DNA from: Armatimonadota bacterium
GTDB taxonomy: Bacteria; Armatimonadota; SYMT01
Length of the DNA stretch: 64,000 bases
Assembly: GCA_046292385.1 (NCBI GenBank)
Contig: JBKBRF010000004.1
Location: forward strand, 128,001 to 192,000
Direction: 5' to 3'
The number at the start of each line of letters is the position of its first letter. The first letter of the stretch is position 1. The notes beneath the pieces were generated by a model. It did not search any database. It was not told the DNA's origin and saw only the letters and a program-made list of their open reading frames with translations. Made by a program: the position numbers and the translations under genes. Below, piece by piece: positions 1-10,658 of the stretch.

Positions 1-2
1 GC

Positions 3-416
3 GTGCGGCTGCCGGGGAGAGGGGAGCCGCGGAGCCTGCTGCACGCAGAGCTCGTGCTCGGGAGCGCCCGGTTCGCGCTGCTCTGCACCCACCTGAGCCT
101 CCGCCCCGGCGAGCGGGAACGCCAGGCGGCCTCGATTCGAGAGTACCGCCGGCGGCTGGAGCGGCCGTCGGTGTTGCTGGCGGACCTGAATGCGCGCTCC
201 GATTCCGAATTGGTCGCCAACCTGCACCCGGCGCCGCTTCCGCGGCCCGAGAGAGGCTATCCGCCGACCTACCCCGCGGAGAATCCGGAGTTCTGCCTCG
301 ACTACATCCTCCCTTCGGAAGAGTGGGAGATCGAACGGTACGAGGCGGTGTCGACCGGCGTCAGCGACCATCTACCGGTAGTCGCGGAACTGGTGTGGAG
401 GCGCCCGAACGGCTGA
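3..416 (+). CDS. Endonuclease/exonuclease/phosphatase (EEP) family protein, 5' partial
   Basis: THL, 'LLADLN', 'LDYI' and C-terminal 'SDHLPV' motifs of the EEP fold. Confidence 0.85.
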   Translation: MRLPGRGEPRSLLHAELVLGSARFALLCTHLSLRPGERERQAASIREYRRRLERPSVLLADLNARSDSELVANLHPAPLPRPERGYPPTYPAENPEFCLDYILPSEEWEIERYEAVSTGVSDHLPVVAELVWRRPNG

Positions 417-640
417 GACGGCGCGCCGGGAGAGGGCAGTATCCGGGCCTGCTGTCAACCGATTCGGCGTGGCAGATTGGGGCGCTGCGAGAGGCACCCA
501 TTGCCACGAAATCGGGGTCGCGACCGAGGAGGCGTTTCGGTTACCTTAACGGAAGCTGAAGCTGTCCCGGGACCGGAGCGGCGGATGATTGCCCGCCGCC
601 GAGAGGGTCTTCTGGACCACCGGGCGAACAGGCTTTCGCG

Positions 641-669
641 TTGTGGGCGGGTCGGGCGGATGATATACT
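641..669 (+). promoter_or_regulatory. Putative sigma70 promoter for dnaA
   Basis: TTGTGG (641-646), 17-bp spacer, TATACT (664-669) with extended -10 TG at 661-662. Confidence 0.6.
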
Positions 670-885
670 CTCCGCACCGGTTCTTCTGCTCTTCGACCGG
701 GGTGAGGCCGGTGCTCTCCGCCTTGAGCGCCGCACCCCTGGCCCCTCGGAGCGACCTCGCCGCAACCCGCGACGCGTCACTGACCGGTTCGCCCGACCCA
801 CACTTCTGCGCGGCGCAGCCCGCGGCGGTTTTTGCGTCTGGCTCACCAGAACCGAAACCTTTCTAACGGTCTAAAAGCGTCGACG

Positions 886-2301
886 ATGCGCCACCAGCTC
901 CGCCTGGAAATCGAGGAAACCGGACCGCTCCACGAGCTGTGGTCGGAGGTGCTGCAGGCTGCGGAGACGCGGCTGGGCCGGGAGTCGGTGGAGAGCTGGC
1001 TTAAGGACACGGGGCCCGTCTCCCTGGAAGAAGGGGTGCTGACGATCGGCGCTCCGAACAGCACCGCGCGCACCTGGATCGAGAAGAAGTACGCCGGGGT
1101 CCTCGCCGAGGTGCTGGAGCAGGTCCACGGCGAGTCCGCCCGGATCGCGGTGGTAGTCCGCTCCCGCAAGAAGGGGGCCGAGCCGTCGCAGGCCGCCGCC
1201 GCTCCCAAGGCCGCTCCCGCGCCGCCGGCGCAGCCCGCGCGCCCCGTGCCGTCGCCGCTCTTCGCGCCGCTGCCGCTGAACGAGAAATACACCTTCGAGA
1301 ACTACGTGGTGGGGCAGTCGAACCGCTTCGCCCACGCGGCGGCCGCGGCGGTGGCGGACCGGCCCGGGCGCGAGTTCAACCCCCTCTTCATCTACGGCGG
1401 GGTCGGCCTCGGCAAGACCCACCTGCTCCAGGCGATCGGCCACGGCCTGCGCGCGAAGAACCCGCGCGCCCGGGTCGCCTACGTCTCCGGCGAGACGTTT
1501 ACCAGCCACTTCATCACCAGCCTGCGTGAGCACCGGGAAGAGGAGTTCCGACGGGCCTACCGGGGGGTCGACATCTGGTTGGTGGACGATATCCAGTTCA
1601 TCGCGGACAAGACCAGCACCAAGGAAGAGTTCTTCCACACCTTCAACGAGCTCTACCTGACGAACCGGCAGATCGTGCTCGCGTCCGACCGCCCCCCGCG
1701 CGAGCTGCGGCTGATGGAAGACCGCCTCCGGACCCGCCTGGAATCGGGTCTGCTGGTGGAGATCGCGGCGCCCGAGCTGGAGACCCGCATGGCGATCCTG
1801 CAGAAACGGGCGGAGCTGGAAGGGGCGGACGTGCCGCCGGAGCTGGTCTACCAGATCGCGCGGACCGTCACCACGAACGTCCGCGTGCTGGAGGCGGCGC
1901 TCATCCGCATGCTCGCGCTCGCCTCCCTCAACAACTGCGGCCTCACCCCGGAGCTCGCCGGCCGGGCCCTGGCGGCCTTCGTGCAGGAGAGCCAGATCGC
2001 CGCCGTCAGCCTCCTCGCCATCCAGCGAGCCGTCTCCGAGCAGTTCAAGGTGCCGGAGCAGGAGCTGACCGGACCCCGGCGCGACCGCCACACCAGCCTG
2101 GCGCGGCAGGTGGCGATGTACCTGATGCGCGAGCTGACCCGCAAGTCGCTCTCCGAGATCGGAGAAGCGTTCGGCGGGAAGTCGCATTCTACCGTGCTCT
2201 ACTCCTGCTCCAAGCTGGAGAAGGAGATGCAGCAGGACCCCTCGCTGCAGACCCTGGTCCGCGCCCTCCGCACCCGCATCGCCGGCCACGCCGGGGAGTG
2301 A
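886..2301 (+). CDS. dnaA: Chromosomal replication initiator DnaA (possibly a paralog)
   Basis: YTFENYVVGQSN, NPLFIYGGVGLGKTHL (Walker A), LVDDIQF (Walker B), EEFFHTFN, domain IV 'ARQVAMYL...EIGEAFGG.SHSTV'; start taken at ATG 886. Confidence 0.95.
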   Translation: MRHQLRLEIEETGPLHELWSEVLQAAETRLGRESVESWLKDTGPVSLEEGVLTIGAPNSTARTWIEKKYAGVLAEVLEQVHGESARIAVVVRSRKKGAEPSQAAAAPKAAPAPPAQPARPVPSPLFAPLPLNEKYTFENYVVGQSNRFAHAAAAAVADRPGREFNPLFIYGGVGLGKTHLLQAIGHGLRAKNPRARVAYVSGETFTSHFITSLREHREEEFRRAYRGVDIWLVDDIQFIADKTSTKEEFFHTFNELYLTNRQIVLASDRPPRELRLMEDRLRTRLESGLLVEIAAPELETRMAILQKRAELEGADVPPELVYQIARTVTTNVRVLEAALIRMLALASLNNCGLTPELAGRALAAFVQESQIAAVSLLAIQRAVSEQFKVPEQELTGPRRDRHTSLARQVAMYLMRELTRKSLSEIGEAFGGKSHSTVLYSCSKLEKEMQQDPSLQTLVRALRTRIAGHAGE

Positions 2302-2538
2302 CGAGCCCTTTCGCAGGGCGGAGTGCAGAGCACGGAGTGCGGAATTCCGAACCTCCGGCACGGGGGAGCCACTTGCTCGCGTGGAACTACGCCGGTTCGG
2401 ACCGCCTTCTTGAGTAAGAGTGGGAGAACGAGTAGCGGCAAAGCCCGCCTGGCAGTTCATCTCCGTATCTCCAACTCATCCCCCTATCTCCTCTTCTTAC
2501 ACAGGTTCGGCTCTGTCCCTTATCCGTCCGAAGTCCCG

Positions 2539-2547
2539 TGATACGAT
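2539..2547 (+). promoter_or_regulatory. Putative extended -10 promoter for sucCD-mdh
   Basis: TGaTACGAT about 65 bp upstream of the sucC GTG. Confidence 0.4.
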
Positions 2548-2610
2548 TGGAAGGACTACGGTGGGGGAGTGCTCCGGCACGAGAGTCTCCCCACTGCAAG
2601 GAGACTTTCC

Positions 2611-3780
<1,170 letters not shown>

Positions 3781-3788
3781 GAGCGAAC

Positions 3789-4664
3789 ATGTCCGTTTGG
3801 GTTAACCGCGATACTCGCGTTGTGGTCCAGGGAATCACCGGCAGCGCCGGCTCCTTCCACGCGCGCCAGATGCTGGAGTACGGGACCGCCGTGGTCGCCG
3901 GCGTCACGCCGGGCAAGGGCGGCACGCAATTCGAGGACCGGGTGCCAATCTTCAACACCGTCCGCGAGGCGGTGCAGGAGACCGGCGCCAACGCCAGCGT
4001 GGTCTTTGTCCCGCCGCCGTTCGCCGCCGACGCCATCCTCGAGGCGGCCGATGCCGGCGTCGGCCTCTGCGTGGTGATCACCGAAGGCATTCCGGTGCTC
4101 GACATGGTCCGCGTGAAGCGGGCTCTCTCCGACTCGCCGATGCGCTACATCGGCCCGAACTGCCCCGGCATCATCACCCCCGGCGAGTGCAAGATCGGCA
4201 TCATGCCGGGCCACATCCACAAGCCGGGCGACATCGGCGTGGTCAGCCGCTCCGGCACGCTCACCTACGAGGCGGTCGACCAGCTCACCCGCCTCGGCCT
4301 GGGGCAGAGCACCGCCATCGGCATCGGCGGCGACCCGGTGAACGGTACCAACTTCATCGACGCCCTCGCCGCCTTCGAGAACGATCCCGGCACCCGCGCG
4401 ATCATCATGATCGGCGAGATCGGGGGCACGGCGGAAGAGGAAGCGGCCGCCTGGGCGCAGGAGAACGTGACGAAGCCGATCGTCGCCTTCATCGCCGGCC
4501 AGACCGCCCCGCCCGGACGGCGGATGGGCCACGCGGGCGCCATCATCGCCGGCGGCAAGGGCACGGCGGCGGAGAAGATGCGGGCGCTGCGAGAGGCCGG
4601 CATCACGGTAGTCGAGAGCCCGGCCGACATGGGCTCCACGCTCGCCGCGCGGCTGCAGTCCTGA
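3789..4664 (+). CDS. sucD: Succinyl-CoA synthetase alpha subunit
   Basis: [28 protein letters not shown] (phospho-His); directly after sucC. Confidence 0.98.
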   Translation: MSVWVNRDTRVVVQGITGSAGSFHARQMLEYGTAVVAGVTPGKGGTQFEDRVPIFNTVREAVQETGANASVVFVPPPFAADAILEAADAGVGLCVVITEGIPVLDMVRVKRALSDSPMRYIGPNCPGIITPGECKIGIMPGHIHKPGDIGVVSRSGTLTYEAVDQLTRLGLGQSTAIGIGGDPVNGTNFIDALAAFENDPGTRAIIMIGEIGGTAEEEAAAWAQENVTKPIVAFIAGQTAPPGRRMGHAGAIIAGGKGTAAEKMRALREAGITVVESPADMGSTLAARLQS

Positions 4665-4680
4665 TCCGAGGAGAGATTGA

Positions 4681-5697
4681 ATGGCTTACCTGACCGATAA
4701 GAAGGTCGCGATCATGGGAGCGGCGGGCGCCATCGGCTCCACGCTGGTGCAGGACCTGCTCTCGACCGGCACTGCGAACCACATCGCGATGTACGACCCG
4801 TTCGCGCAGGGCCTGGAAGGCGCGGCGGAAGAGATCTACCACTGCGGCTACCCCGGCCAGCGCGTCACCTGGACCACCGATCCGGCCGAGGCGCTGCGGG
4901 ACGCGGCCTACATCATCTCCTCCGGCGGCGCGCCGCGGAAGGAAGGGATGACGCGCGAGGACCTCTTGAAGGGCAACTGCGAGATCGCCAAGGGACTCGG
5001 CGAGAGCATCAAGCAGTACGCGCCGAACGCGGAGTACGTGGTGATCATCTTCAACCCGGCCGACATTACCGGCCTCACCACCCTCGTCTACTCCGGCCTC
5101 AAGCCGGGCTGCGTCAGCACGCTCGCCGCGCTCGACAGCACCCGCCTGCAGACGAAGCTGATGCAGCACTTCGGCGTGGCGCAGGACGAGGTGACCGGCT
5201 GCAAGACCTACGGCGGTCACGGCGAGAAGATGGCGGTCTTCAAGGGCGACCTGGCGATCCAGGGCGTGAAGCTGACCGACATCCTGAACGGCGGCGCGAC
5301 GGTGAACGGCCGCGGCATGTCGCAAGACGAGTGGACCGCGGTGCAGGACCACGTCCGCAGCGGCGGCGCCCGCATCATCAAGCTGCGCGGCCGCTCATCC
5401 TGGCAGAGCCCCGCCCACCAGAGCATCGAGATGCTCCGCGGCCGCATCCGGAACGGCGGCTACCCCTGGCCGTGCGGCGTCTATTTCGGCGAGGGCGAGT
5501 TCAAGAACGTGATGATGGCGGCCGACGTGGAGTTCACGCCGGACGGCATGGTCCCGCAGCCCCCGCAGGGCGATGAGGAAGACATGGCCGCGCTCCGCGA
5601 CAGCTACCATCACCTCTGCCAGCTCCGCGACCAGGTGATCGGCTTCGGGACGCTTCCGCCGGTCGACCGATGGAAAGAGCTCAACCCGCACCTCTAA
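4681..5697 (+). CDS. mdh: Malate dehydrogenase (LDH/MDH family)
   Basis: GAAGAIG Rossmann motif, GAPRKEGMTREDLL (malate-specific Arg), NPAD, LDSTR, GGHG; in operon with sucCD. Confidence 0.9.
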   Translation: MAYLTDKKVAIMGAAGAIGSTLVQDLLSTGTANHIAMYDPFAQGLEGAAEEIYHCGYPGQRVTWTTDPAEALRDAAYIISSGGAPRKEGMTREDLLKGNCEIAKGLGESIKQYAPNAEYVVIIFNPADITGLTTLVYSGLKPGCVSTLAALDSTRLQTKLMQHFGVAQDEVTGCKTYGGHGEKMAVFKGDLAIQGVKLTDILNGGATVNGRGMSQDEWTAVQDHVRSGGARIIKLRGRSSWQSPAHQSIEMLRGRIRNGGYPWPCGVYFGEGEFKNVMMAADVEFTPDGMVPQPPQGDEEDMAALRDSYHHLCQLRDQVIGFGTLPPVDRWKELNPHL

Positions 5698-5720
5698 ACG
5701 GTGAGGTAGTGAGGAACGGG

Positions 5721-5748
5721 GAGGGCGCCGGAAGCGGCGCCCTCTTCT
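5721..5748 (+). terminator. Hairpin after mdh, probable terminator
   Basis: GAGGGCGCCG-gaag-CGGCGCCCTC followed by TTCT (short U tract). Confidence 0.55.
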
Positions 5749-5803
5749 ACGTACCGGCAACTTCTGCACGGGCAGCGAGTCTCTCCTGAGTGGAGGACTC
5801 CCC

Positions 5804-6448
5804 GTGAAGCCCCGGCACGCCGCCCTGCTGGTCCTGACGCTCTGCCTGGTGTGGAAGGCCTACGCCGCGCTCGCGCCTGACTTCGAACGCGACGGTCGCA
5901 CGGAGCGCGTCCTTGCCAGCCATGGCCTGCACCGGGAGCGCCTCCGCGGGGCGTCACTTCGGGGGCTGAACCTGCGGGGCCTCGACTTCTCTGGCCTCGA
6001 TCTCGATTCTGCGGATCTCCGCCGGGCCGACCTCCGCGGCGCTTCCTTCGAGGAAGCCAATCTCTCCGGAGCGCGCCTGGACGGCGCCGACCTTCGCGGA
6101 GCGAGCTTCCGCAGCACCGACTTGATCTTCACCAGCCTGGACGGGGCGGACGCTCGCGGCGCGGACCTGCGCGGCTCCTTCCTGGTGGTGACCTTCAAGG
6201 GTACCGACCTCCGCGGCGCCGACCTTCGCGTCCGAAAGATCACGAGGAACGCGGCGGATTGCGGCGCCCCATTTCAGTGCTGCAGCGGAGCCACCGACCT
6301 CCGCGGCGCCCGCTACGACGCCCGCACTCTCTTTGCACCGGAGATCAACCCGGTGCAGCGGGGGATGGTGTTCGTCTCCACCCCCCCATTAACCCTGAAG
6401 ATCGGTTCACCGCGGAGGCGTGATGAGGTTACACCGAGATGGCTGTAG
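5804..6448 (+). CDS. Secreted pentapeptide-repeat protein
   Basis: Signal-like N-terminus; tandem A(D/N/S)LxG repeats; 'GARYDART' end. Confidence 0.85.
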   Translation: MKPRHAALLVLTLCLVWKAYAALAPDFERDGRTERVLASHGLHRERLRGASLRGLNLRGLDFSGLDLDSADLRRADLRGASFEEANLSGARLDGADLRGASFRSTDLIFTSLDGADARGADLRGSFLVVTFKGTDLRGADLRVRKITRNAADCGAPFQCCSGATDLRGARYDARTLFAPEINPVQRGMVFVSTPPLTLKIGSPRRRDEVTPRWL

Positions 6449-6466
6449 TAAGAACGTTGTTCTTAC
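6448..6466. promoter_or_regulatory. Palindromic operator of the toxin-antitoxin operon
   Basis: Perfect inverted repeat GTAAGAAC-gtt-GTTCTTAC just upstream of a -10-like TAAGCT (6469-6474). Confidence 0.6.
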
Positions 6467-6523
6467 GGTAAGCTCTGAGTGCTACGTGAAACTCCCACCT
6501 GGGGAGACCACTCGAGAGGGGCT

Positions 6524-6823
6524 ATGATGTCGATCACACGCCGAATCCAGAAGGTGGGAAACAGTAAGGGCCTCATTCTCACGAGTGACATGCTCGCTCA
6601 CCTCGGCGTGGACGACCAGGTCACCATCACATACGAGACGGGCCGGATCGTCTTGAGCGCGCCAGCGGCTGCAGCGAGGCTGGCCCCGGGGCGTAATCGC
6701 CAGAGCAAGACAGAGGCGATGCGGGCGACATTCGACCAGTACGAAGATGCGCTTCAGCGGATGGCAGAGGTGCCGAGAGGGGGGCTTTCGATGGATGCCG
6801 CTCGGGATCAGAAGAGCGAGTGA
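6524..6823 (+). CDS. AbrB/MazE/SpoVT-type antitoxin
   Basis: 'RRIQKVGNSKGLIL...LGVDDQV' AbrB-fold signature; 4-bp overlap with the toxin gene. Confidence 0.85.
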   Translation: MMSITRRIQKVGNSKGLILTSDMLAHLGVDDQVTITYETGRIVLSAPAAAARLAPGRNRQSKTEAMRATFDQYEDALQRMAEVPRGGLSMDAARDQKSE

Positions 6824-7251
6824 CTCCGGCATCCGGGGATGAGGGAGGCGAGCACCTCGGTGTCGCCTTCCTCACCGTAGCGGACGTTGTGGATCTGCAC
6901 CGCGAGGCGGTCCGCCGCTTCTCGCCGGGAGAGTCGCTGGTTCTGCGGGATCCCGGATTGCTCGAGTCGGCGGTGATGAACCCGCAGCAGACCTTTGACG
7001 GTGAGTTCCTCTACTCCTCGCTCGCAGAGATGGCCGCGGCCTATTTGATCGGGCTCGCGCTCAACCATCCCTTCGAGAACGGTAACAAGAGAGTCGCCTT
7101 CGCTGCGTGCTCCATCTTCCTTCGCATCAATGGATACCGCCTGGTGCTAAGCCAGGATGCGGCGGTGGAGCTCACTTTCAACGTGATCAATCGCGTCCTC
7201 GATCGCCCACAGATCATCCGGGTGATCGAAGACGCGATGGAAGAGCTTTGA
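6820..7251 (+). CDS. doc: Doc (death-on-curing)/Fic family toxin
   Basis: 'LRDPGLLESA..P', 'NHPFENGNKR' (Lys variant typical of Doc). Confidence 0.9.
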   Translation: MTPASGDEGGEHLGVAFLTVADVVDLHREAVRRFSPGESLVLRDPGLLESAVMNPQQTFDGEFLYSSLAEMAAAYLIGLALNHPFENGNKRVAFAACSIFLRINGYRLVLSQDAAVELTFNVINRVLDRPQIIRVIEDAMEEL

Positions 7252-7280
7252 GTTGGATCCGCGTGTGGCGAAGCCTCGCG

Positions 7281-8264
7281 TCACTCGGCGCGCAGCACCT
7301 CCGGGTTGACGCAGTTCGGCGGTCGCTCGCCCTTGAGCACCGCCAGGATGTTGCGGACCGCCATCCGCGTCATGGCGGCGCGGGTGGGGCCGCTGGCGCT
7401 GCCGAGGTGGGGGAGCACGAAGATCCCGGGCGTGTGCAGGATCGGGTCGTCCGGTCGAGAGGGAGGCTCCGGATCGGTCACGTCGAGGCCGGCGCCCGCG
7501 ATCGTGCCGCTCGTGATCGCTTCCAGCAGCGCCGCCTGGTCCACCAGTCCGCCGCGTCCGGTGTTGACCAGGATGGCGGTCCGCTTCATCTGCCGCAGGC
7601 GCTCCGCGTTGATCAGGTGGCGCGTCTCCGGCGTCATCGCGCAGTGGAGGCTGACGAAGTCGCTCTCCGCCAGGAGCCGGTCCAGGGAGCTGTACTCGCA
7701 GCCGAGGGAGAACTCCAGCTCCGGCTTGCGAGTGCGGGAATGGTAGAGCACCCGCATCCCGAATCCCTGTGCCCGCCGCGCGACCGCCGCGCCGATCCGG
7801 CCCATGCCGACGATCCCGAGGGTCGCCCCGCTCACTTCCTGGCCCCACAGGAGCCCCTGCGCCCACTGCCAGCGATCTTCCCGCGCGGCGACAAGCCCCT
7901 CGCCGAAGCGGCGGGCGGCGGCGATGATCAGCCCGAAGGCGAGGTCCGCGGTGGCGTTCACCACCACGTCCGGCGTGTTCGTCACGATGACGCCGCGCGC
8001 GGTCGCGGCGGGAACCTCGATGTTGTCGTAGCCGACTCCGAAGTTCGCTACCACCTTCAGTGAGGCGCCGGCGGCGTCGAGCACCGCGGCGGAGACGCCC
8101 GCGCCGCTGACGGGAAGCAGGGCGGCGACTCCTTCGGCGTGGGTAAGCATCTCTCCCAGGGAAGGCTTCTCGGGAGCCGGGCGGACCGTCACCTCCGCCA
8201 GCTCACGGAGTGGAGCGAGCTCCGCGTCGGCCACGGGGCCGGTTACGAAGACGCGCGGCTTCAT
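7281..8264 (-). CDS. D-isomer-specific 2-hydroxyacid dehydrogenase (glyoxylate/D-glycerate reductase-like)
   Basis: VGYDNI, NTPDV, GMGRIG, NTGRG, LDVTDPEP, PHLGSA. Confidence 0.92.
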   Translation of the reverse strand: MKPRVFVTGPVADAELAPLRELAEVTVRPAPEKPSLGEMLTHAEGVAALLPVSGAGVSAAVLDAAGASLKVVANFGVGYDNIEVPAATARGVIVTNTPDVVVNATADLAFGLIIAAARRFGEGLVAAREDRWQWAQGLLWGQEVSGATLGIVGMGRIGAAVARRAQGFGMRVLYHSRTRKPELEFSLGCEYSSLDRLLAESDFVSLHCAMTPETRHLINAERLRQMKRTAILVNTGRGGLVDQAALLEAITSGTIAGAGLDVTDPEPPSRPDDPILHTPGIFVLPHLGSASGPTRAAMTRMAVRNILAVLKGERPPNCVNPEVLRAE

Positions 8265-8307
8265 TCCTGCCCTCCGGCGAGCGGGGGCACTCGATCGTTC
8301 ATCGGCA

Positions 8308-8805
8308 TCAGTAGGTCCAGTCCTTGTGCTGGGCGTAGGCGAGGATTCCGAGCAGGCACTCCGCGCTCGGACGCCCGCGCGGGCCGCTCAGGATCCAGTA
8401 GCAGGAGAGGTTTCCCTGGCTGTCGATCAGGAAGACGGCGGGCGCCATGTAGTAGTGGTACGAGTCCGGGAGCTGGTGGTGCGGCTCGTAGATGCCGAGC
8501 ATCTCCCCGACCGCGCCGTCGTCGTCGATCAGAATCCGGGGCCGGATCTTGAATTGCTCCCGGAAGATCCGGTGCTCCTCTCGGCCGCCGCGCAGCAGAA
8601 AGACCAGCTCCGTGTTGTTCCACTTGAAGATGTGCTGGAACGTGTCCCAGAGGGCGAACTCGCCCCGGGTGGTCGGTCAGAACTCGCCGCGGCAGGCGTG
8701 GATGATCACCATCTTGCCGCGGTAGTCGCTCAGGCGCCACTCTTCGCCGTCGGTATCCTTCAGGACGATATCGGGGACCGGCTCCCCATTCTTAAGCGAG
8801 GACAT
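8308..8805 (-). CDS. AhpC/TSA (peroxiredoxin-like) selenoprotein, 165 aa, Sec at codon 43
   Basis: Hand translation from ATG 8805 (GGAG 6 nt upstream): MSSLKNGEPVPDIVLKDTDGEEWRLSDYRGKMVIIHACRGEF-TGA-PTTRGEF...ILIDDDGAVGEMLGIY...PAVFLIDSQG...; continuous thioredoxin-like fold across the TGA at 8677-8679. Confidence 0.85.
8647..8672 (-). promoter_or_regulatory. Putative bacterial SECIS element
   Basis: Upper stem GGGGCG/CGCCCU starts at +11 after UGA, apical loop AGUU, lower CCA/UGG pairing. Confidence 0.7.
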
Positions 8806-8838
8806 AGGACTCTCCGCGCGCGGCCGACCCGCGCGCCG

Positions 8839-9027
8839 TCAGGCAGATTCGGAGGGCTGCTCCGGGAGCGGGCGCAGGGCCAGGTAGCAGCTGGTGCACT
8901 TGAGGTGCTGGCGCGCGCCGCTGCCGGCAATCTCCAGCGTGCCGCAGCATTCGGGGCAGAAGTCCCGCTCCGTCAGCTCGAGCCGCACCAGCTCTCCGCG
9001 GACGATCGTCTCGGTAACGATTCTCAT
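8839..9027 (-). CDS. Small zinc-ribbon protein
   Basis: 62 aa, CPEC...CTSC; starts 7 bp after the moaB stop. Confidence 0.65.
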   Translation of the reverse strand: MRIVTETIVRGELVRLELTERDFCPECCGTLEIAGSGARQHLKCTSCYLALRPLPEQPSESA

Positions 9028-9034
9028 GGTCCGG

Positions 9035-9553
9035 CTACCGGTGCAGCTCCCAGACCAGGTGCTCCAGCTCCGGGATGATCAGGCGGTCCATCGCCAGCTT
9101 CACCGCGTTGGAGCTTCCCGGCATGCTGAAGAAGACGCGCCTGCGGTAGACGCCGGCGGTGGCGCGGCTGAGCATGGCGGCGGCGCCGATCTCCTGGTAC
9201 GAGAGCATCCGGAACAGCTCCCCGAAACCGGACAGCTCCTTCTCCAGGCGCTTGGCCAGGGCGTCGTAGGTGGTGTCGCGGGTAGCGATGCCGGTGCCGC
9301 CGTTCAGCAGCACCGCCTGCGCCTCGCCCGCGTCCAGCTCGTGGTCGATCAGCGCCAGGATCCGCTCCGGCTCGTCTTTCACGATCTGGTAGAAGACGAC
9401 GCGGTGCCCCGCGGCCTCCAGGCGCTCGCGGATCAGTTGGCCGCTGGTGTCGGTCTCCGGCGTGCGGGTGTCGCTGACGGTGAGCACGGCGCAAGCCACC
9501 GGGCCTCGCTCCGCGGCGGCGGCCCGGTGCTGTTGGGTCGATTCACTCGGCAT
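9035..9553 (-). CDS. moaB: Molybdenum cofactor biosynthesis protein MoaB/Mog
   Basis: LTVSDTR...DTSG, NGGTGI..RD.T, GFGELFR, AMLSRA.AG, MPGS. Confidence 0.92.
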   Translation of the reverse strand: MPSESTQQHRAAAAERGPVACAVLTVSDTRTPETDTSGQLIRERLEAAGHRVVFYQIVKDEPERILALIDHELDAGEAQAVLLNGGTGIATRDTTYDALAKRLEKELSGFGELFRMLSYQEIGAAAMLSRATAGVYRRRVFFSMPGSSNAVKLAMDRLIIPELEHLVWELHR

Positions 9554-9614
9554 GGAGCTCCGCGGCGGCAGCTGGGCGTCTGCCTGCCGCTTCCTTTCTC
9601 GTGAACATGATGCT

Positions 9615-10658
9615 CTACAAGCCTACCCGCCGGCCGGTCGCGGCGCTTTCGTACGCGCCGAGGCACATGTGCGTGGAGACCCGCCCGCCGCGTGCGTCGC
9701 AGTCCGGCGCCGCTTCCGCCTTGAGCTGGTCGATCCACGGCCTCGGCACGGCGGCGATCCGCTCGCCGTGCGTCTTCGGAATCGGCATGCGGATCTCTTC
9801 CCACCGCTGCGGCTCGCCCCGCCGGTAGAGCTTCAGCGGGACCGCTCCCTCGGGTGCGAACGGGGTGGAGACCCCGTCTCCGTAGTAATGCTGCACCGTC
9901 CCGCGGTCGCCGTAAACCTCCGTGGTGATCTCCGCGCCGAGGGTGACCGAGCAGTTGTAGAGCAGCCCGAGCGCGCCCTGACGGAACCGGTAGATCGCCA
10001 TCCCGGTATCGTCCGGCGCGCAGTCGGTCAGGACGTTCCCGATCTCCGCCATTACGCTGACCGGCTCTCCCAGGAACCAGTAGAGGAGGTCCGCGGCGTG
10101 GACCGCGTCGTCCATGAACATGCCCTTGTTGGCGACCGGATCGATGTGCCAGCGGCTCGGGCCGGAGAGGAACGCCTCGTTGAAGAGGAGGTTGAGGCAG
10201 TGCCGGCGGCGCAGGGTGCCGATCTTCCCCAGCGTGCCGTCGTCGATCATCTGCTTCATCCGCTGGTTCACCGGATCGCAGCGCATCTGGAACGCCATGC
10301 GCAGCGTCACTCCGGCGCGGTCGACCGCCGCGATGATCCGGTCGCACTCCTCCAGGGTGAGCGCCATCGGCTTCTGCAGCAGGATCTGCTTGCCCGCCTC
10401 CGCCGCGGCGACGCAGTGGTCGCCATGCTTGTTCGTCTCGCTGGTGACGATCACGGCGTCGAGGTCCCGCCGGCCGAGCAGGTCCTCCAGGTGCGGGGTG
10501 AACTCCATCCCGAACTTCTCGGCGCCCGCCCGGCCGCGGTCCAGGTCATCGTCCCAGGCGGCGACCAGGCGCACGTCGTCCCAGTCCTTCATCTGGTTGC
10601 AGTAGGCGTTGATGTGCCCGTGTGCGAAGCTGATCACGCCGACGTTGATGCGACTCAT
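9615..10658 (-). CDS. Gfo/Idh/MocA family oxidoreductase
   Basis: Rossmann N-terminus, 'H...[15 protein letters not shown]', 'GMFMDDAVH'; start MSRINVG. Confidence 0.9.
   Translation of the reverse strand: MSRINVGVISFAHGHINAYCNQMKDWDDVRLVAAWDDDLDRGRAGAEKFGMEFTPHLEDLLGRRDLDAVIVTSETNKHGDHCVAAAEAGKQILLQKPMALTLEECDRIIAAVDRAGVTLRMAFQMRCDPVNQRMKQMIDDGTLGKIGTLRRRHCLNLLFNEAFLSGPSRWHIDPVANKGMFMDDAVHAADLLYWFLGEPVSVMAEIGNVLTDCAPDDTGMAIYRFRQGALGLLYNCSVTLGAEITTEVYGDRGTVQHYYGDGVSTPFAPEGAVPLKLYRRGEPQRWEEIRMPIPKTHGERIAAVPRPWIDQLKAEAAPDCDARGGRVSTHMCLGAYESAATGRRVGL

Noticed and set aside
417..2610. oriC flanking dnaA
   Set aside because: No clustered DnaA boxes or AT-rich unwinding element; the best match (TTATCCGTC near 2520) has three mismatches
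8261..8740. 159-aa minus-strand ORF overlapping the selenoprotein
   Set aside because: Arg/Pro-rich off-frame translation; the TGA-containing frame carries the AhpC/TSA motifs
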